Part shown: in pieces, positions 1-6,700 of the stretch
Layout: every line of letters begins with the position of its first letter
Position numbering within the stretch: position 1 is the stretch's first letter
DNA from: Azolla caroliniana
Lineage: Eukaryota; Plantae; Polypodiophyta
Direction of reading: 5' to 3'
Length of the DNA stretch: 9,880 nt
NCBI GenBank assembly: GCA_043228905.1
Contig: JBHGNT010001317.1
Coordinates: 1 to 9,880, forward strand
Notes under the pieces: model-generated
What the model saw: only the letters and a program-made list of their open reading frames with translations
What the model was told of the DNA's origin: nothing
Databases searched by the model: none
Made by a program: the position numbers and the translations under genes

Positions 1-287
1 CGTTGCAATGTCTCCCTAAGATAATGTTCTATCTCACGGAGGAATTGGTTTTTATTTATTTTTATATATTTAGCATCGAAAGACAATACAAACCCACACT
101 TACTTCCCTTTTTTATTTATTTGTTCTCACATGTTGTAGTAGTGAATGGTTTTCCCTTTGATAAAAGGGGAAAAAATTCATGAAAGTGTGATGGTAAGTA
201 AGTAAGTAAAGCCATATATTTTCCTGCTTGTATTTCACCATGAAAGAGAAAAAAGAAAAGGAAAGAGAGGGAGGAGGGATTAAACAA

Positions 288-444
288 GAAATGAAAAGAA
301 ATGAAAAGAACAGAGATGAAATGAAATGAAATGACAGAGATGAAATGAAATGAAAAGAACAGAGATGGAATGAAATGAAATGACAGAGATGAAATGAAAA
401 GAAAAGAGACGAAATGAAATGAAATGAAATGACAGGAAATGAAT
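288..444 (+). repeat. (GAAAT)n-based repeat with a ~44-bp higher-order unit x3
   Basis: Unit GAAATGAAAAGAACAGAGATGAAATGAAATGAAATGACAGAGAT at 298-341 and 347-390, with a variant at 391-435. Confidence 0.9.
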
Positions 445-508
445 GCAAAACCCTCGTGTCTCAGTCCTGCCATCTCTATTCAACTTAGCAAGTCGTAGTT
501 AGAAGCAG

Positions 509-544
509 ATGGCGATGGCGATGGCGATGATGATGAAGAAGTAG
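509..544 (+). promoter_or_regulatory. Candidate uORF MAMAMAMMMKK* formed by (ATGGCG)3(ATG)3
   Basis: Six in-frame ATGs and a TAG at 542-544, 83 nt before the main ATG. Inclusion in the transcript is not shown. Confidence 0.4.
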
Positions 545-563
545 AAGACCTCCACGCTCAAGT

Positions 564-627
564 TTCTCTGTCTTTGTCTCCGTCTCTCTTCTTTCTCCTT
601 CTCCACGTTTCCTGTTTATCTTTTACC
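564..627 (+). promoter_or_regulatory. Pyrimidine (CT)-rich 5' leader / Y-patch-like tract
   Basis: TTTCTCTGTCTTTGTCTCCGTCTCTCTTCTTTCTCCTTCTCC lies immediately upstream of the ATG. Confidence 0.45.
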
Positions 628-783
628 ATGACCGATACCACCGATGACATCGCTGAAGACATATCCTTCCAGGCTTTTGAAGACGATTGCCAGCTCCTTG
701 GAAATCTTCTCAACGACTGCCTCCAACACGAGGTCGGAAATGATTTCATGGAGAAAGTGGAGAGAGCTCGACTCTTGGCACAG
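628..783 (+). CDS. PPC4: BTPC exon 1 ([10 protein letters not shown]...RARLLAQ)
   Basis: ACCATG at 628, BTPC N-terminus, donor CAG/GT at 784. Confidence 0.95.
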
Positions 784-3700
784 GTGTTCACAGCCATAAC
801 TCATAGCTCTCTTGTTTCATCCCATCTCTCTCCCTCCCTCTCGATCATGGTGAATTATAATTTTTTTTGGCATGACTTGCCTGCCACATTTGATTGGATT
901 CATCTTCTGTATTACTGTGGATCAATGGCTTCTTGTAAATGTGTCTTGTTTTGTATGTTCATCCAATGCGTCATGATCGTGTTCCCACAATAATTTTTAT
1001 CTTTATTTTCTTGTTGCAATTATCAGTATCTGTTCTTCCTCTAGTATCAGGCCTTTTTACAATGATAGATGTTGTACTTAATCCTGTAGACTCAATCGTT
1101 TTCATGCGACAATGGTTTCTCCGATTGCTTCAATTCTACAGCCATATTGTTTTACTGTTAGTATATTCATCCTCGTTAAATGTATATTAGAGTGCATGCA
1201 ACATGCGCATGGCTGGGGTGGAGAATGCAGCTGAATGGCTTACCAAGCAACTTGAACAAGAGATTTCCAACATGACACTGGAAGAGGCAGTGCCGCTGGC
1301 CAGGGCCTTCAGCCATTACCTCAATTTGACAGGAATAGCTGAGACTCATCATAGGTTAGACAGCATAAGATTTTCTTTCTCTAATTTGTGCTTTCTGATG
1401 AACTAATATAGCTGAGACTGTGATCCGAAATTAATTGTTACTTAGTGCTCGGCGAACTAGATCCAATGCCCATGTGTCAAAATCTTGTGATGATGTATTT
1501 GGGAAACTCATTCAAAGTGGGGTTTCTCCTGAGGATGTATTCAAGGCTGTATGCAATCAAGTTAAGTTTTTTCTCGTCTTATCTTGTTCATTAAAGTTGA
1601 GGTATAACAAGTGACATTCGATAACTGATTCTATGTGCTCCTTCAGGAGGTTGAAATTGTACTTACTGCTCATCCCACTCAGATAAATAGACGAACATTA
1701 CAATATAAGCACTTGCGCATCGCGGTATTTCTTTTGTCTCAAGTACATGTACAGTTTGTTCAAAGGAATATGCCACAATCTTAAGTTGATTGCGTTCTGT
1801 ACCTATGATCAGCATCTCTTGGAGTACAAAGATCGGGCAGATTTGACTCATGAAGATCGAGAACTTTTGATTGAAGATCTGGTATTATGAGATATCTATG
1901 TTATTCCATACATTGAAATTATGGTTGTTTCAAATGACTAGATCAATATAATATTTGCAACACCCTCAATGCAGGTAAGAGAAATAGTTTCACTATGGCA
2001 TACTGATGAAATAAGACGAATTCAACCCACTCCTTTAGATGAGGCTCGAGGAGGCACGAATATATAAGATTTATAGTCCCTTCTTTAGCTGAAATATGGG
2101 CATCTTTCAGAGGATAAACAAGCATGTTCCTTTGCACTCCAGGTTTACACATAGTAGAACAATCATTGTGGAAAGCTGTGCCACAATATCTTCGCCGAGT
2201 CAGCAATGCCCTGAAAAAAGCATGTTTTCTTAAAACCTGTTCATATTCTCATTTAATAGATTTTTAAAAACATTATGCACATTTTCCTGGTTCACTTTTG
2301 TGTTTTTTGAATGCATAATGTTGCACATTGACAATATCAAATGCGTCGTTTCATTGATACTGTTGAGATGTTTGATGGGAATCATTTTAAAATTAAGAAA
2401 TTCAGTAACATTATATCGGACTAGAAACCCAAATTTTGTTTTTCGGATGGAAAAGGTCATCTTAATTAGATTATATAATTACATAGGAGTTATATTCTGC
2501 ATGTGAGACATATTTCTGGGGCTGTCATGTAAATTCTTTGGGCTTTTACTCACGTAAGCATTTTTAACATGCTATATTATGTATGTAATTGGGACATAAA
2601 TAACTGATAATGCAACTTGTTGAATGTAAGGTAAGAGATCAGCTAAATAACATCTAGGTAACTTACTTATGTACCTATAGGCATATGCGGAAGGAAATAC
2701 TTCACTTGATTGTAAATTGTTCTAAGCTAGAAGACCAACTCAGGAAGTCCCCCAAAACTTTATGTGCAGGAAGAGTAAGCAATAATATGTCGAGGATCCT
2801 AATACACTAGCTAAGAAACTGCCATCTACTTTCCTTTAAACAGTATACTGGCAAACCACTTCCACTAACTTGTACTCCAATCAAGTTTGGATCCTGGATG
2901 GGTGGAGACAGAGATGGAAATGCTAACGTTACTGCCAAGGTACAATGTTCTCTCAATTTGCATCAGAATGTTTAGAGCATAAGAATCTTTATTCCCACAT
3001 TACTTACAAACTTCATAGATGATTGCTTAATGTGTCCAGCTCACTTATGTTGTAAATTTATTTTCATTTTTTCACTACACTACATGAAGCCCTTATTTTC
3101 TCCCAGCTGCAGTACTTAAAACCTGACCTTCAACTTACAACCTGTTTTAATCACCATCGTAATATGCATATTGGTTAGTGCTGCATTATAATATTTATCT
3201 ATATATAATATACATATACTTAATAGAGTAGAATATTGATATCAATGAGGTTATGGGGAGCTATACTGGAAATAAATGTAGTAAGTGTAAGGGTTAGGAA
3301 TGATGTCAATAGGGCTGAGGAATACTCGGGATTCACCCTAGTATAGGCTCTTTAGATGCATCAGTGGAGCTATGGTCGAAAAGATAGAAAGATAGATTAT
3401 ATTATCGTCTTTGGAGGTCAAATATGACCTATGAGACCAAAAATATTACATTTCACGTGATACGTGTGAAGGTGAGTAGCGACTCTCGATGTTCAAGAAC
3501 TTTACCAATGAATGTTGCAATCGAGAGTGCACATCGCGGTTGTGAGAGAAATTCGTGCAAGGATTGGGCTCGATCGAAGAGACGTGGAAAGCATGGTCGA
3601 ATATGATCAAAGGCAGAGCATTGTATCAAAGTGTGATACTCAGACTCTCGAACTTGTTTAGGGCAAAGTGTGCATAGTCGGCCACTCTAATCACTTGTGC

Positions 3701-6700
3701 CCCAATGCCCCGTCTCACATCTCAATGCGTGCGAGCTAAGTCGTATGGAAGCAATGGTTTGAATGGTAGATATCGGGATGGGCTCTAACATGTATCGATG
3801 TGTACGGTTTCCCCGTTCCGCGAAGAATATGGTTTTGTAGTTAGGTGCAACATTTGTAGTATAATGTGTGAAGCGTGAGCCACCACATTTGTCCCATGTC
3901 ATGATACATTGGCGTTGCAAAAAGGCCTCATTTACAGAGGAATCTAGTGACCCATTTACAGAGAGAGCAGTAGTTGGAGGAGCTCACCTTTGAAGTGCGA
4001 TCCAAAAGTTTTTAACGTATGTTTTATATGACCCATTTAGGGTTGGCCAAGTTCACAGCGAACTTGGCCCAAAAATAACGAAAAGGTGATGAGTGACTTT
4101 CAGCCTTTATAAATAGGCCTATACACATGTACGCACTATAAGGGGGTCATTTAGGGCATTTACCCCAACAGTAAGTTTCCATTGCTTGACTTGCAAAGTT
4201 GTTTTAGAGTTAAATCTACATTCCTATCACATCTATTGGTTAGTGCTGCATTATAATGCACACACACATACACACACACACACACACATAATAGAGGTTA
4301 TGGGTAGCTATACTGGAAATAAATGTAGCAAGTCTCTATTGCGTCACTTACAAAGTTGTTTTAGAGTTAATCTACATTCCTAGCACATCTATTTGTCTTA
4401 ATAACTTGACTGTTCCTGTTGGGAACTTTCAAAATTTGTCTTCACAGTATAACATATTTGCATTATTATTATGCTACCTAATTAATTTCTATAACATTTC
4501 AGGTGACAAAGGATGTGTGCCTATTGGCAAGGTGGATGACACTCGACTTGTACATACGTGAAATAGATAGCCTTCGTTTTGAGTTTTCTATGAATGTATG
4601 CAATGAAAAGCTTGGGCAATATGTTACAAACATTCTGGAAAAAGGTATACAATGGACTTCCTTGCATGTCTTTCAAATTAGAAGGAATTAATAGATGATT
4701 AAAGGATGATGTGAGAAGCTTGTATCCATTATGGTGATAAACATGATTGGTAAGGGAAGATTGTGGGATGACTTAAAGTAATACACGAGAATAAGAAATT
4801 GGTTGGGAGATTACCTCAACAAGACACCCTGAAGGTCTGCAATGACTAGGGCAAATATTACAAATAGATTTGAAAAAGATAAACTTTCCACAATGGCGTT
4901 TGTTGCATGTCTTTCCAATAAAAAGGAATTGATGGCTCTAAAAGAAAAGGGTAAGAAAGAGATAAGTTTGGAGGGCTGACTCAATCATGCTGATAAACAG
5001 GACTGGTAAGGGAAGACTTTGGATCACTTAGTTATCCATGAGAATTAAAACATTGGCTGGTAGATGCTAATGATAAATTGGTAAATGTGTATAATTCGAA
5101 CAAACTCACTTCTATAACCAGCCCATGCAATCATATAAATCTTTACATTTTCCAGCTGCATTTTCGATGATATTGGTGTAGCTAGAAGCAGTTGAAATTC
5201 TATAAATTTTCAGACATTTTATAAGGTGCGACCCATTGAAGACAGAAATTTGGAACCAGACTTTGTAGTGGAAAGGGATGGAGAGGATTTCTAGTTACTC
5301 TTATATGTGACAGAGTGGTCAGCATGATAGGGCAGATGGGAGAATCTTCAAATATGTTTAGAAATAGCTCAAATATTGTATTTTCCAAGTACCCACTTTG
5401 TTGGTGAAAACATAGCTACTTAGTAGACCATTCCTAAGATTCTTTCAGCACTGCCACATCTGCCCGTGCACACCTGCAGATGGTGATATCTCAACATGTT
5501 TAGGGAGAGTAAATCAGTTCACTAGATATCCAAGGTCATCCACCGTTATATCTGAATAAATCCTTGGTCCCTTGAATTAGTTCTCAACTTTTCTTGTGGA
5601 TATTAAAGCCTTGTGCATAAGGTGTCTGATATTGTATAGTTTTAGGAGGCCGAGCGACTTGTGGTATATAGCCTTTCATGGGTTTCTAGTTTAATATGTT
5701 GGGATAGACATCCTTCTTGATAATGCGCAAAGTTTTTAACCTTAATGGTGATATCGGACTTGAAAGAGTGATGTTTCTAGGTTTCAGGTGCTTCAATTCT
5801 GAAAACAGCCCTAATGACCAGGTCTGAAAACTTCCCAGTAAAAAACAGGATATATTGTTGATTCCATTTTCCTATTATGTAATTTTGCTGCAGCAAGTCA
5901 CAAGGGAGAGCTGACAGCTAAATCCTAGAAACAAAATAGGAATTGCAAACAACCTTTTGGATTTTGCTTTGAAAATGGCTTGAGAACATAGTTATTGAAA
6001 CTGGTGCTTTTTTTTTGAGCTTGAGAGCAATTAAATGCAGGAGAAAACTCTGAAATACCAAGTTATGCATTATTCCCCAAGTGCCCTTGATCCACCTGTT
6101 CTCATGGAACTATATGTGCCATTTGAGCAATTACATGGTCAAGTCACCCTTGTTGTTTCTCATCAACAAAACCTCACAGAGATAAGTTTGGGCTATCTTA
6201 TGGTCAACCAATTTTCTGTCACGTGCACGTAGGCCCCGGCCCCATGGACCACGACCTCACCACCCTTGCCATCGACAAATAAAGGCCATTATCTCCCACC
6301 ATCACCGGTGCTTCCATCGTTTCAGAGACTTGTCCATTCTAGATCGACCGATGCTAGAGATCTTTCGAAGACAAACTTTATAATATATCTAACTTATTTG
6401 AGGATCTTACATGTACCGAAAACCAGATCCTTTCGTCTCTTTTTTTCTTATTTACTTTTATATTATCAGTAATATTTATTTTATTTTGATTTGTTGTTCT
6501 CAAAGACGAGACAACACTTAGGATGTAATCTCTTGTTGGTCTTATAGGCCATTAATACAGCCACAGCAGAAATCAGCAGAAATCATCCAAACTTTTTCAG
6601 CTACATCACTCATGCTACAAGTCAATCAGGGGCTACACAAGTAGTGTCTCAACCACAAAAGGGGTGACAATAGAGTGACCAATAGTACTTTGTTGTGCAC

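Larger units (their letters stand above)
3169..4393 (+). repeat. Tandem duplication of a ~160-175 bp intronic unit (copy 1: 3169-3285 + 4176-4233, split by the LTR; copy 2: 4234-4393)
   Basis: Shared blocks TATTGGTTAGTGCTGCATTATAAT, GAGGTTATGGG.AGCTATACTGGAAATAAATGTAG.AAGT and CAAAGTTGTTTTAGAGTTAA(A)TCTACATTCCTA.CACATCTATT. Confidence 0.9.

Noticed and set aside
194-209. (GTAA)4 resembling stacked splice donors
   Set aside because: No upstream exon was recognised. It is most simply a short microsatellite.
298-435. CRISPR-like periodicity
   Set aside because: There are no unique spacers. It is a simple tandem repeat in an intron-rich eukaryotic locus.
113-483. Three overlapping minus-strand ORFs rich in F/H/I/S
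   Set aside because: They are translation artefacts of the (ATTTC)n repeat.
574-993. 139-aa ORF as a standalone gene
   Set aside because: Only 628-783 is BTPC exon 1. The rest is leader and intron read-through.
2224-2225. GT donor 4 nt downstream of the proposed GC donor
   Set aside because: It would shift the frame relative to the exon 8 acceptor and lose [11 protein letters not shown].
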